Source: Clostridia bacterium
GTDB taxonomy: Bacteria; Bacillota; Clostridia; TANB77; CAG-508
Assembly: GCA_017437145.1 (NCBI GenBank)
Contig: JAFSBT010000004.1
Span: forward strand, 71,828-135,827
Reading direction: 5' to 3'
Length of the DNA: 64,000 nucleotides
Part shown: piece by piece, positions 53,796-63,908 of the stretch
Layout of the letters: each line of letters opens with the position of its first letter
Position numbering within the stretch: the stretch's first letter is position 1
Notes under the pieces: model-generated
What the model saw: only the letters and a program-made list of their open reading frames with translations
Databases searched by the model: none
Told to the model about the DNA's origin: nothing
Made by a program: the position numbers and the translations under genes

Positions 53796-53820
53796 GGGCG
53801 GACACAGGGCCCGTCCCTAC
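53796..53820 (-). repeat. GTAG-family REP element
   Basis: GGGCGGACACAGGGCCCGTCCCTAC. Confidence 0.78.
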
Positions 53821-53837
53821 ATTTTAATATTTCTGTT

Positions 53838-54744
53838 TTATTTATCATTTCTTGGGTTGAATTGAGAAATATTTTTCAATTTTTCAAACAATTCTTTTTC
53901 TTCCTCTGTTAATTTTTTAGGTACTACTGTTTTTATTTCTGCAATTAAATCTCCTCTACTACCTTGTCCATCTTTATATCCTTTTTGTGCAATTTTTACT
54001 CTTTCTCCACTTTGAATACCTGGTGGAACATATACTGCAACAGTATCATCTATTGTGTCAATATTAACTCTTTTTCCTAATGCCGCTTCCCATGGTGATA
54101 AATATAAATCTGTTTCTAAATTATTTCCATCTAATCTGAATTTACTACTATTTTTTATATTTATTTTTATGAATAAGTCTCCGTTTTTTCCACCATTTTG
54201 ACCTTTTTTTCCTTGTCCTAGTAGTCTTATTTTCTCTCCGCTTCTAATTCCTGCTGGCACTTTTACTGCAAAAGTTTTTAAAATTCCATCTACTGCTTTT
54301 AATGAAATCCTTTTGTCTACTCCGTAGAAGGCATCTTCTAATCCAATTTCTATTTCTGTTTCAACATTTTCGCCTCTAATAGGATTTTTCTTTTTAACAT
54401 TTATATTGCTATCATTTTCTTTTCTTTGTTCATCTTCACCAAAAAACATAGTAAAAAACTCACTGAAAGCTGAACCTTTTTCTCTTTTACTAACTTCATA
54501 TGCTATTTTTCTTTTACCTACATGAGATATCCACATTCTATCATATTTCCTTTTGCTTTGTGCAGAGGATAATACTTTATATGCTTCGTTTATATCTTTA
54601 AATCTATCTTCATATTGGTCATTTCCATTATTAACATCTGGGTGATATTTTTTTGCTTGTTCTCTAAATGCTAATTTCACTTGTTCTGGAGTTACTTTAT
54701 TAGTATCTAAACCTAATATTTTATAATAATCTTTAAATATCATT
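53838..54744 (-). CDS. DnaJ-class chaperone lacking the zinc finger (CbpA-like)
   Basis: KDYYKILG, HPD motif, DnaJ_C domain; likely start MIFKDYY with GGAGG RBS. Confidence 0.88.
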
Positions 54745-54904
54745 TCAACATCCTCCAATAAGATTAAATAAACTATCTTTGGTACCTTATCAGGGAACAT
54801 TATAACACAGAAAACGCTCGCACTGCAACTTTTTTCGTTTTTTTATTGCATTTTTTTTATTTTATTATTATAATGCCTTTAGAAATTAGTAATTATAGAA
54901 AGGA

Positions 54905-55966
54905 TTGATTATTATGCGTAAACATGCAGTATCAAATAATAATCAACAATATAAAATAATAGGTGTAGACGATGAATACGGAATCATAGATTCTTTAAAG
55001 GTATTTTTAAATAAATCTGGTTATTATTTCGTAGGTGTTACAGACCCTGTTGAAGCTATTGAAAGAGTTAAAAATGAACATTTTGATTTAATGCTTTTAG
55101 ATTTTATCATGACTCCTTTACATGGCGACCAAGTTGTTGAAGAAATTCGTAAATTTAATAAAGATTTATATATTTTATTATTAACAGGTCACAAAGACTT
55201 AGCTCCACCATTAGAAACAATTAGAAGATTAGATATTCAAGGGTATTGTGAAAAAAGCGATAAATTCGACCAACTTCTTTTATTAATAGAATCTGGAATA
55301 AAAGCAATTTCTCAAATGAAAACTATCAAAGATATGAACGTTGAACTTGCAGATACATATAAAAAATTAGAGGATGCTTATTTAGGAAGTATCGAAGCTT
55401 TAAGATATACTGTTGAAGCAAAAGACAGTTATACAAGAGGACATTCTGATAGAGTTTCTGAATATTCTGTTTTAATTGGTAAAGATTTAAATATATCAGA
55501 TGAAGATTTAAATACTTTGAAATTAGGTGGGCTATTCCACGATATAGGAAAAATAGGTGTCCCTGACCACATTTTATTAAAAGATACTAGATTAACTGAT
55601 GACGAATATTCTGAAATAAAAAATCACCCTGCCATAGGCGCCCATATATTATCTGGCGCAACTATATTTAATGATATTGTTCCTATCGTAAAACACCACC
55701 ACGAAAAATTTGATGGCAATGGATATCCTGGGAAACTTAAAGGAGAAGAAATTCCTTATTTAGCAAGAATTGCTTCAGTTGCGGACGCTTTTGATGCAAT
55801 GACTTCAAGAAGAAATTACCGTGATGCTCTTAATGTGGATTTTGTAAAAAATGAATTCAAAAATAATGCAGGAACTCAATTCGACCCTGAAATAACAAAT
55901 GCGTTTTTAAATATTTTAGAAAATAATTATGAGGAAATATTAGAAATTCAAGAGAAATATAAATAA
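54905..55966 (+). CDS. Response regulator with HD-GYP phosphodiesterase domain
   Basis: REC (VDDE, LLDFIMT); YTRGHSDRV, HDIGKIG, HHEKFDGNGYP, VADAFDAMTS. Confidence 0.92.
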   Translation: MIIMRKHAVSNNNQQYKIIGVDDEYGIIDSLKVFLNKSGYYFVGVTDPVEAIERVKNEHFDLMLLDFIMTPLHGDQVVEEIRKFNKDLYILLLTGHKDLAPPLETIRRLDIQGYCEKSDKFDQLLLLIESGIKAISQMKTIKDMNVELADTYKKLEDAYLGSIEALRYTVEAKDSYTRGHSDRVSEYSVLIGKDLNISDEDLNTLKLGGLFHDIGKIGVPDHILLKDTRLTDDEYSEIKNHPAIGAHILSGATIFNDIVPIVKHHHEKFDGNGYPGKLKGEEIPYLARIASVADAFDAMTSRRNYRDALNVDFVKNEFKNNAGTQFDPEITNAFLNILENNYEEILEIQEKYK

Positions 55967-55998
55967 AACAAGGTGACCGAAAGGTCACCTTGCTTTTT

Positions 55999-57579
55999 TT
56001 ATTCCATATTTAAATACTCATTATAAGTACATTGTCTATCTATTACTTTATCTTTTCTTATATCTATAATTCTATCAGCAACTGTTTGAACTAACTGATG
56101 GTCATGTGATGTAAAGAGCATATTTCCTTTAAATTTTTTCATTCCTTCATTTAGTGCTGTTATACTTTCCATATCCAAATGGTTTGTAGGTTCATCAAAA
56201 ATTAAGAAGTTTGCACCTGATAGCATTAATTTGGAAAGAACACATCTAACTTTTTCTCCTCCTGATAGCACTTTTGTTTTCTTCAATGCTTCATCTCCTG
56301 AGAACAACATTCTTCCCAAAAATCCTCTAACATATGTTTCATCAGGATCTTTTGAATATTTTCTAAGCCAATCAACTAGTATTTCTTCAGTTTCAAATAA
56401 ATAACTATTATCTTTTGGGAAATAATCATTTGTTATAGTTTTTCCCCATAAAACTTCTCCTTCATCTGGTTCCATTTCTCCAGAAATAATTTGGAATAAT
56501 GTTGTTATTGCTAATTCGTTATCTGATATAACTGCAATTTTATTATCAGCTTTAAAACTGAAAGACACATTATTTAATACTTTTTCTCCATTTATTGTTT
56601 TTGAAAGATTATTTACTGTTAATATTTCTTTTCCAGGTTCTCTATCTGGTTTAAAATCTATATACGGATATTTTCTATTTGATGCTTTAATTTCTTCTAA
56701 TTCAATTTTTTCCAAAGATTTTTTTCTTGATGTTGCTTGTTTAGATTTTGATGCATTAGCACTAAATCTTGCAATAAATTCTTGTAATTCTTTAATTTTT
56801 TCTTCTTTCTTTTTGTTTGCTTCTCTAGCTTGTTTTAATGCTAACTGACTTGATTCATACCAGAAATCATAATTTCCTGGATATATTTTTATTTTTCCAA
56901 AATCAACATCTGCAATATGAGTACAAACTTTGTTAAGGAAATATCTGTCATGTGATACTACAATAACTGTATTTTCAAAATCAATTAAGAAATCTTGTAA
57001 CCATTCAATACTTTTTATGTCTAAATCATTAGTAGGCTCATCTAGTAATAATACATCAGGATTTCCAAATAAACTTTGAGCAAGTAAAACTTTAACTTTT
57101 TCTTTTGCTTCTAATTCTTTCATTAATTTATAATGGTCAGCTCCTGGAATTCCTAAATTATTTAAAAGAGTCGCCGCATCTGCTTCTGCATTCCAACCAT
57201 CTAATTCTGCAAATTCTTCTTCTAATTTTGCAGCTTTTAAACCATCTTCCTCAGAAAAATCTGGTTTTGCATAAATTTCCTCTTTTTCTTTCATAATTTT
57301 ATACAAAACTTCATTTCCCATTATTACTGTATCCATTACTGTATGTTCTTCATAAGCAAAGTGGTTTTGTTTTAATGTTGATAATCTTTTTCCTTTTTCA
57401 ATTGCCACTTCACCTTTACTTGGTTCTATTTCTCCAGATAAAACTTTTAAGAATGTAGATTTACCTGCACCATTTGCTCCTATTAATCCATAACAGTTAC
57501 CTTTTGTAAATTTTATATTTACATCTTCAAATAAAGCTCTTTTTCCAAATCTAACTGTTACTCCTATTGCGTTAATCAT
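55999..57579 (-). CDS. ABC-F family ribosome-associated ATPase (YbiT/YkpA-like)
   Basis: Two NBDs without TM; GANGAGKST, LDEPTN, RFSANASKSKQATSRKK. Confidence 0.92.
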   Translation of the reverse strand: MINAIGVTVRFGKRALFEDVNIKFTKGNCYGLIGANGAGKSTFLKVLSGEIEPSKGEVAIEKGKRLSTLKQNHFAYEEHTVMDTVIMGNEVLYKIMKEKEEIYAKPDFSEEDGLKAAKLEEEFAELDGWNAEADAATLLNNLGIPGADHYKLMKELEAKEKVKVLLAQSLFGNPDVLLLDEPTNDLDIKSIEWLQDFLIDFENTVIVVSHDRYFLNKVCTHIADVDFGKIKIYPGNYDFWYESSQLALKQAREANKKKEEKIKELQEFIARFSANASKSKQATSRKKSLEKIELEEIKASNRKYPYIDFKPDREPGKEILTVNNLSKTINGEKVLNNVSFSFKADNKIAVISDNELAITTLFQIISGEMEPDEGEVLWGKTITNDYFPKDNSYLFETEEILVDWLRKYSKDPDETYVRGFLGRMLFSGDEALKKTKVLSGGEKVRCVLSKLMLSGANFLIFDEPTNHLDMESITALNEGMKKFKGNMLFTSHDHQLVQTVADRIIDIRKDKVIDRQCTYNEYLNME

Positions 57580-57588
57580 TTTTTCCTC

Positions 57589-58593
57589 CTATATCATATC
57601 TTTTTTTCTAAGTATAAAATATGCTATTAATGAAATACCTGTTGTAATTCCAACTAAAATTAAGAATCCATATGGATTATTTTGGAATGGAAGTTGAACA
57701 TTCATTCCCCATATACTAGCTATTAATGTTGGTATTGATAAAACAATTGTTACTGATGTTAAAAATTTCATTACAACATTCAAGTTGTTAGAAATTATAG
57801 ATGCATACGTATCCATTGTTCTACTTAAAATATCACTATAAGTTCTACTCATTTCTATAGCCTGTTTATTTTCAATAATAGCATCTTCTAGTATATCTTC
57901 GTCTTCCTCATATAATTTTATAATTTTTCCTCTTAATGTTTTTTCCATGACAATTTCATTTGCTTTAAGTGATGTTGTAATATATACCAAACTATTTTCT
58001 ATACTAGACAAGTTCATTAATTCTTTATTTCTCATTGTTTTTTGTAAACTTGCTATTGTACTTTCCGCTTCTTTATTTATTTTCTTTAAATCTGTTAAGA
58101 AATATGAAGCATTTAGGAAAAGTACTTGTAAAATAAATCTGGTTTTCTTATATGTAAAAAATCCCTTTATTGCTTGTTTTTCAAAACTATCAATTATTCT
58201 ATTTTTCTTTAATGATACTGTAATAAAGTAATCATCTCTTACTGTAATCATTCCCAAAGGCATTGTTGTATAAACTTTTTCATCTTTACTTCTTTCTATA
58301 ACTGGAACATCTATAACGAACAATGTCATGTCATCTTCTATATCAATTCTGGCTTGTTCTTCATAATCCAAAGGGTATCTAATAAAATCTTCTTCAATAT
58401 TCAGGCTTGTGCATACTTTCTTTATTTCTTCTTCCGATGGATTTACTAAATTAATCCATGCTCCTTTTTTAAATTCTTTAATTTCTTCAAATTTATTTGT
58501 TTCTAAATTTGTGTTATAAATACTTAGCACAAGCATCACCCCTTTTTTTCTTTTCAACCCTATTATTTTATTACAAAATAGGCCTAATGTCAA
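57589..58593 (-). CDS. corA: CorA family magnesium transporter
   Basis: ISNNLNVVMK, PTLIASIWGMN. Confidence 0.92.
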   Translation of the reverse strand: MTLGLFCNKIIGLKRKKGVMLVLSIYNTNLETNKFEEIKEFKKGAWINLVNPSEEEIKKVCTSLNIEEDFIRYPLDYEEQARIDIEDDMTLFVIDVPVIERSKDEKVYTTMPLGMITVRDDYFITVSLKKNRIIDSFEKQAIKGFFTYKKTRFILQVLFLNASYFLTDLKKINKEAESTIASLQKTMRNKELMNLSSIENSLVYITTSLKANEIVMEKTLRGKIIKLYEEDEDILEDAIIENKQAIEMSRTYSDILSRTMDTYASIISNNLNVVMKFLTSVTIVLSIPTLIASIWGMNVQLPFQNNPYGFLILVGITTGISLIAYFILRKKDMI

Positions 58594-58596
58594 ATA

Positions 58597-58693
58597 TTTG
58601 AATTTGGATTTTATCGTTTGGTTATTGGATAACTTATGTTCTCTCTCTATAACTTTTTCTTATATTTCCAAATTATAAATTCCAAACTCAAAC
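58597..58693. repeat. Inverted low-complexity heptamer-like repeat (TTTGG../..CCAAA)
   Basis: TTTGAATTTGGATTTTATCGTTTGG...TTCCAAATTATAAATTCCAAACTCAAA. Confidence 0.45.
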
Positions 58694-58766
58694 TTTCTAT
58701 ATATATTATCTTGAAATAAATTATTTTATATTATAAAATTTCAATATAAAATTTAGGAGGTCCTTT

Positions 58767-59297
58767 ATGGAATCTTTTTTTGATATTATTAGAAAAATAA
58801 AAGAACAAAACTTTAAATTTGATACGAATGAATTTTTAGAATATGTTAGATTTAGTATTATTAAAATATACAATGGCATCTATAATAATAAAATTGATTC
58901 ATTATATGATGTCTGTTCTAAAGAACTAATTAATACAATGACCAAAAATAAGGATACTTTTAGACTTTCGAAAAATATCGACAATTTTCAAATACAATTT
59001 TCAAACATACACGATTATGTTGAGAAAAATAATGAAGAATTTATTAAAGTATATTTATCCATTTTCTGTTATGACAAAACTCTTCACGATGGAGATTATT
59101 TTTGGAATGATATATGGATTGTTACATTAAAAAAAGAAATTTCTAAAAATTCATCTAATATATTTGAATGTGATAAATGTGGTGCAACTATGACATTAAA
59201 AGATTCTATTTTGTCTTGTAATTATTGTAATAATAAAAAAATGCTTTCAAATTATTATTCTCAATGGAAAATTGTTGATATAGTAGTACAAAAATAA
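58767..59297 (+). CDS. Tim44-like domain protein with zinc ribbon
   Basis: NTF2-like body, CDKCGA...CNYC, W.IVDI. Confidence 0.6.
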   Translation: MESFFDIIRKIKEQNFKFDTNEFLEYVRFSIIKIYNGIYNNKIDSLYDVCSKELINTMTKNKDTFRLSKNIDNFQIQFSNIHDYVEKNNEEFIKVYLSIFCYDKTLHDGDYFWNDIWIVTLKKEISKNSSNIFECDKCGATMTLKDSILSCNYCNNKKMLSNYYSQWKIVDIVVQK

Positions 59298-59320
59298 AAT
59301 TATATAAAGGAGTTTTTTAT

Positions 59321-59950
59321 ATGTTAAATAATATAAAAATTAATTGTCATAGTTCAATAAAAATACAAAAAGAAAACATTATATATGTCGATCCTTTTAG
59401 AATAAATGAAGTGCCTCATGATGCTGATTTTATTTTTATAACTCATTCTCATTATGACCATTTTAGTCCTAAGGATATTTTAAAAGTAGCAAAAATAGAT
59501 ACTATATTTATTACAGTTGAAGAAATAAAATCAAGCATTTTAGTAATGGGTGTTCCTGAAGAGCAAATTATAGTTGTAGAACCATTAAAAGAATATAAAA
59601 TAAACAATCTTAAATTTAATACTCTCCCAGCCTACAATATAAACAAAAAATTCCATCCTAAAGAAAACGGATGGGTCGGTTATTTAATAGACATTGATAA
59701 TGTTAAATATTATATTGCAGGAGATACTGATAACACAGAAGAACTTCAAAACTTAAATTGCGATGTAGCATTTTTACCTATAGGTGGAACATTTACAATG
59801 AATTGTGAAGAAGCGGCTAAATTAGCAAATAAAATAAATGCAAAAGTAATTGTCCCTACACATTATGGAGAACTTGTTGGAACAAATGAAGATTTAGAAA
59901 AATTTTTAAAATTTACAACAAAAAATGTAAAAGTTTTAATAAATAATTAA
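59321..59950 (+). CDS. Metallo-beta-lactamase fold hydrolase
   Basis: THSHYDH, YIAGDT, LPIGG, VPTHY. Confidence 0.9.
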   Translation: MLNNIKINCHSSIKIQKENIIYVDPFRINEVPHDADFIFITHSHYDHFSPKDILKVAKIDTIFITVEEIKSSILVMGVPEEQIIVVEPLKEYKINNLKFNTLPAYNINKKFHPKENGWVGYLIDIDNVKYYIAGDTDNTEELQNLNCDVAFLPIGGTFTMNCEEAAKLANKINAKVIVPTHYGELVGTNEDLEKFLKFTTKNVKVLINN

Positions 59951-59975
59951 GTTTATGGAAAGGTGGGAAAACTTT

Positions 59976-60143
59976 ATGAATATCATGATTATATTAATTA
60001 TATTGGCAGCATTACTTTTAGGTTGTGCATGCTTATCAATTCCAGTTATTGCAATTATTTTTATAGTAAGAAATAATAATAAAAAAAGCAATGATTCAGT
60101 AGAAGCATCAAAAAAGGAAACAATAGAAGAAAAAGCAGAATAA
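59976..60143 (+). CDS. Small membrane protein
   Basis: Single hydrophobic segment, AGGTGGG RBS, terminator at 60148-60174. Confidence 0.55.
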   Translation: MNIMIILIILAALLLGCACLSIPVIAIIFIVRNNNKKSNDSVEASKKETIEEKAE

Positions 60144-60175
60144 TAAATAAAAAATCCCCATATGGGGATTTTTAT

Positions 60176-60295
60176 GAATAGTTAATAATGAAAAATTAAT
60201 AGTGAATAGTACAAAAGTGCTCTTAGCACTATTTTAATGTAACTATTCACTATTAACTATTCTCTATTAATTATTCACTGCGACGTCAGTCGCAC
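60176..60295. repeat. Inverted heptamer repeat array (AATAGTG/ACTATTC) beside the tRNA 3' end
   Basis: TTAATAGTGAATAGT ... ACTATTCACTATTAACTATTCTCTATTAATTATTCACTG plus hairpin TGCGAC-gtca-GTCGCA. Confidence 0.55.
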
Positions 60296-60298
60296 TTT

Positions 60299-60374
60299 TG
60301 GTGGGCAATCGGGGGGTCGAACCCCGGACCTTCTGATTAAGAGTCAGCTGCTCTACCAACTGAGCTAATCACCC
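60299..60374 (-). tRNA. tRNA-Lys (CTT)
   Basis: GGGTGATTAGCTCAGTTGGTAGAGCAGCTGACTCTTAATCAGAAGGTCCGGGGTTCGACCCCCCGATTGCCCACCA. Confidence 0.97.
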
Positions 60375-60517
60375 ATTTATTCTTTAAAGCCGTTGCTTTC
60401 AACGTTTTTTATTATAATACCAAAATTATTCTTTGTCAATATAAATTATATTTATAAATACGCTATATATTTTTTCAATTTTAATAGTTATATCAAATTT
60501 TAAATATTAAAACATAT

Positions 60518-60612
60518 TTTGAATTTGGTATTTGGTTTTGGTCGTTGGATTTTTAAGAAACTCCTCCTTTGAAATTATCTCTATTACCAAACTCTAAACT
60601 CTAAATTCCAAG
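60518..60612. repeat. Inverted heptamer-like repeat similar to 58597-58693
   Basis: TTTGAATTTGGTATTTGGTTTTGG...TACCAAACTCTAAACTCTAAATTCCAA. Confidence 0.5.
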
Positions 60613-60646
60613 CACAATAAAAACTGCCCTAAGGCAGTTTTTATTT

Positions 60647-62617
60647 TTATATTCCATTTATTACTGGATTTTCTTCTATTCCTCCTTGCCAGCCTTCATC
60701 TTCGCTATCATCTGGTTTACTTGGCTCCACTGGTTGTATTGGTTCTTCTTGTTCTGGCTCTTTAGGTATTTCCGGTGTTGGTGTTTCCGGAACTATAGGT
60801 TCACTTGGAGTTGGTTGTATTGGTGTTGGTTCAACTGGTGTTTCTTGTACTGGAGGAACCTCAACAATAGGACCTCTACTTATTATTTTATTCATTGGCT
60901 TATATGTATCTGAAGATAAAACCTCTCTTGAAACTTCCACTCCATTTAATTTTTTTATTTTATATGTTATACTTTTACACCCATTCATTCCACTTTGCTT
61001 AACTTTTTCAACCCCTGGTTCCAATGAAGGATCATCTTTATATACTGTAGAATATGGTATGTAATTTAAAATTGTAGTATCAATTGCAATTTCGTATTCA
61101 ACATCCTCTTTAATTCCATAAATATCAGCTTTAGCTATTCCATTTTGAACACTCATTTTTATTAAAATCGGATTTTTTCTTGTATTTTTAAATTTAAAAT
61201 CTATCGCTCCATAAACAACAGTCGCATCTTTACCTGCTGGTGTATATGATGTTAAAAACATATGATTACTTCTAGATACTATATCTAAATTAGCATAAAC
61301 TACTGCATCATAAAGTGTTGAAGAAATTTGACAAATTCCTCCTGCTAGCATATCAACAACTTCTCCTGCTTCATATCCTGCCGCATTTTTATACCCTGCC
61401 GCAATAGTTCTTTCTCCAACGGTTCTATTATATGAGAAAGTTTCACCAGGTGCAAGTACAGTCCCATTAATCTTATTTGCTGCTATTTTTAAGTTAGTAG
61501 TTCTATTTACATTACTTGCAACATATCTAGTAGAAAAAGTTCCTAATAAATCTGGAAAAGCTTCATCTCCAATATCTTTTGTCAAAACATTAGGGTGTGT
61601 TATTTTTAATGGTATTCTATATTCTGTTTGTTCTTCTTTTAAAATTTCTTTTGCTTGTTCTATATCAAAGTCAATTCCATCTACATGCGGGAATACTTTA
61701 AAAGGCTCTTTTGTATAATAAGCATCTTTTGGTTCACTATGAACTTCATTATAAATTCTTTCAATGTCGATAGATTGAGGTTTACATTTTTTCACTTCAA
61801 AAATTATATCTTTCCCATCATTATTTCTTAATTTTTCGACTATTTTCTCTTTAATTAATTCTTTATCTATTGAATTTCCTTCTGTTCCACTTGTAATAAT
61901 TAATGTCTCATCTTCTATATAATAATCACTTTCTATCACTGCATTTGGAATTTTTGTTGATATATCGTTAATAATATTATCTAATAATTCTTGATTATAT
62001 GTACTTTTTAATTCAAAATTTTTTCCAAAAAAATTTGCCAAAAATATTTCGTAATTATTTTTAAATATATTTCCAACTCTACCATAATTATACGCATAAT
62101 CAATAGTTTCTTCTATATTATATTGGAATTCTATTTGCTCTGCCTCGATATAATACTCAAAATCCGCAGTTGTTAAATGTACTTTCTTTTTATTTTCGTT
62201 ATTAAATTCTTCTTCTAATTTTTGAATTGCTTGTTCTCTATTTAATCCTTTTAAAGGAACTCCTTCAACTGTAACTCCAGATATAATATTAGTATTTTGC
62301 ATATTTAAAATAGCAAAACCAGTCGTAGCAATTAGAGAAACTAAAATTAAAATTATGGCTATAATTATCCATTTTATAGTTCTACCACTTTTTACTTTTT
62401 TTTCTTTTTTCTTTTCTAATGTTTCTATTTTCTCATTTTCTTTTTTAATATTCTTTTCTTCTTTTTTCACTTCATTTTCATTAGTAGATTTTTGTTCCTC
62501 TTTTTTAGTTGCTTCTTTCTCTTTTAATTCTTCGTTTAAATCTTTTGTTTTTTCTTCATTTTTTTTTAATTCTTCCGTTTTTTTCTCTTTTTTTTCTTTT
62601 TCTTCGTAATTTTCCAT
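60647..62617 (-). CDS. VanW-family protein with PG-binding, G5 domain and Pro/Glu-rich tail
   Basis: RTTNLKIAA, FSYNRTVG, GGICQISSTLY, DFKFKN; G5 VKQSGMNG. Confidence 0.9.
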   Translation of the reverse strand: MENYEEKEKKEKKTEELKKNEEKTKDLNEELKEKEATKKEEQKSTNENEVKKEEKNIKKENEKIETLEKKKEKKVKSGRTIKWIIIAIILILVSLIATTGFAILNMQNTNIISGVTVEGVPLKGLNREQAIQKLEEEFNNENKKKVHLTTADFEYYIEAEQIEFQYNIEETIDYAYNYGRVGNIFKNNYEIFLANFFGKNFELKSTYNQELLDNIINDISTKIPNAVIESDYYIEDETLIITSGTEGNSIDKELIKEKIVEKLRNNDGKDIIFEVKKCKPQSIDIERIYNEVHSEPKDAYYTKEPFKVFPHVDGIDFDIEQAKEILKEEQTEYRIPLKITHPNVLTKDIGDEAFPDLLGTFSTRYVASNVNRTTNLKIAANKINGTVLAPGETFSYNRTVGERTIAAGYKNAAGYEAGEVVDMLAGGICQISSTLYDAVVYANLDIVSRSNHMFLTSYTPAGKDATVVYGAIDFKFKNTRKNPILIKMSVQNGIAKADIYGIKEDVEYEIAIDTTILNYIPYSTVYKDDPSLEPGVEKVKQSGMNGCKSITYKIKKLNGVEVSREVLSSDTYKPMNKIISRGPIVEVPPVQETPVEPTPIQPTPSEPIVPETPTPEIPKEPEQEEPIQPVEPSKPDDSEDEGWQGGIEENPVINGI

Positions 62618-62708
62618 TTTTTACTCCTTTATAAAAGTCGTTTACTGTTTTATCGTACCATAAAAAATTTCTTTTTACAACAAGTTTAAAGAAGAATATT
62701 AATAAATT

Positions 62709-62858
62709 GTAGGGGCGACCATTGGTCGTCCGTGCTTCGAAGAAATATCTAAGATATAAACTTAATAAATACAAAAATATTAAATAAAAAATCTATAATA
62801 AAATATTATAAATTTTGGGTATTCCTATTAAGTGCGGACGACCAATGGTCGCCCCTAC
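62709..62858. repeat. Inverted pair of GTAG REP elements (REPIN-like)
   Basis: GTAGGGGCGACCATTGGTCGTCCG (62709-62732) and its reverse complement (62835-62858). Confidence 0.8.
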
Positions 62859-62878
62859 AACTTTTAAAAATATTTCTT

Positions 62879-63070
62879 CTAAAAAAATATTTCCGATACC
62901 GATTTATTCAATGCTTCTGCTATTTTATTCATTACATCCATTGAAGGATTTGTTCTGCTTCCTTTTTCTAAATGGCACAAGTATCCTGCAGATATTCCTG
63001 TTAAATCTGCTAGTTTAGAAAGAGTAATGCCTTTATTTTTTCTAATTTCTTTAAGATGATTATATTTCAT
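62879..63070 (-). CDS. Small XRE/Cro-like HTH regulator
   Basis: LKEIRKNKGITLSKLADLTGISAGYLCHLEKG. Confidence 0.88.
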   Translation of the reverse strand: MKYNHLKEIRKNKGITLSKLADLTGISAGYLCHLEKGSRTNPSMDVMNKIAEALNKSVSEIFF

Positions 63071-63240
63071 TTTACTTCACCTCTTTTTGTCTTATTAACA
63101 ATAATATTAGCATGTTCTTTTTGACAAGTCAATATGTTTTTTTACAGATTTTGTAAATTTTTATTTTTTATTATTTACTACTAGACAAATTATGTTTTAT
63201 TATGTATAATAATGAAAAATTTTAATTAAGAGGTGTCAAT

Positions 63241-63810
63241 ATGATTGGAGATATGATTGCTGAAATCAGAAAACAAAAAGGAATGACTAAAACAGAACTT
63301 GCAAAATTAACAGATATAAACATTGGTCATTTAACACATATAGAAAAAGGAGAAAGAAACCCTAGTCATAAAGCTTTAAAAAATATTTGTAAAGCTCTAG
63401 GTGTTCCTTATCAACAATTAATGTATACTTATGATAAACAACTTAGTGAAGAACAAGAATCTTATGGTTTTATAAAACATATTGCATATAATAAAGTTCT
63501 TGCTATTGATACTATACATGGATTAATTGATTGTCCTGATAATATTTCAAGTGCTTCTCTTGCTATAAAAATTAGAGATACATCAATGGAGCCAAAAATA
63601 AAATCAAATGAATATATCTTTATAGAATTTAATTCTCTATTAAATAATAAAGATATAGGTTTATTTAAAGTAAATAATAAAATTATGGTTAGAAGATTTT
63701 ACAGTAAAAAAGGTCAAATTACTTTAAAGCCTGATAATAAAGAATTTGAGGAATTAAAAATTACAAATTCTGATAATTTTTACATTATAGGAAAAGTATT
63801 AGGAAAATAA
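63241..63810 (+). CDS. XRE HTH plus S24-like (LexA/CI) regulator
   Basis: N-terminal HTH; C-terminal DTSMEP...LKPDN. Confidence 0.85.
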   Translation: MIGDMIAEIRKQKGMTKTELAKLTDINIGHLTHIEKGERNPSHKALKNICKALGVPYQQLMYTYDKQLSEEQESYGFIKHIAYNKVLAIDTIHGLIDCPDNISSASLAIKIRDTSMEPKIKSNEYIFIEFNSLLNNKDIGLFKVNNKIMVRRFYSKKGQITLKPDNKEFEELKITNSDNFYIIGKVLGK

Positions 63811-63908
63811 TTGTTGTTTTTTTAATATTTTTGTAAAAAATACTTGAATATTATTTTTTTTAATACTATAATATTTTTAGCAAAAGATAAAAAGGAAGAG
63901 GTATGTTT

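Noticed and set aside
60647-62617. VanW as a vancomycin-resistance determinant
   Set aside because: No van cluster is present; VanW-G5 proteins are common cell-wall proteins in Clostridia.
2271-62774. Many short antisense ORFs in the track (e.g. 2271, 6534, 7005, 10591, 28000, 36262, 53177, 60686, 62355, 62556)
   Set aside because: They are shadows of real opposite-strand genes or REP-derived, with no RBS or motifs and F/L/I/S-rich composition.
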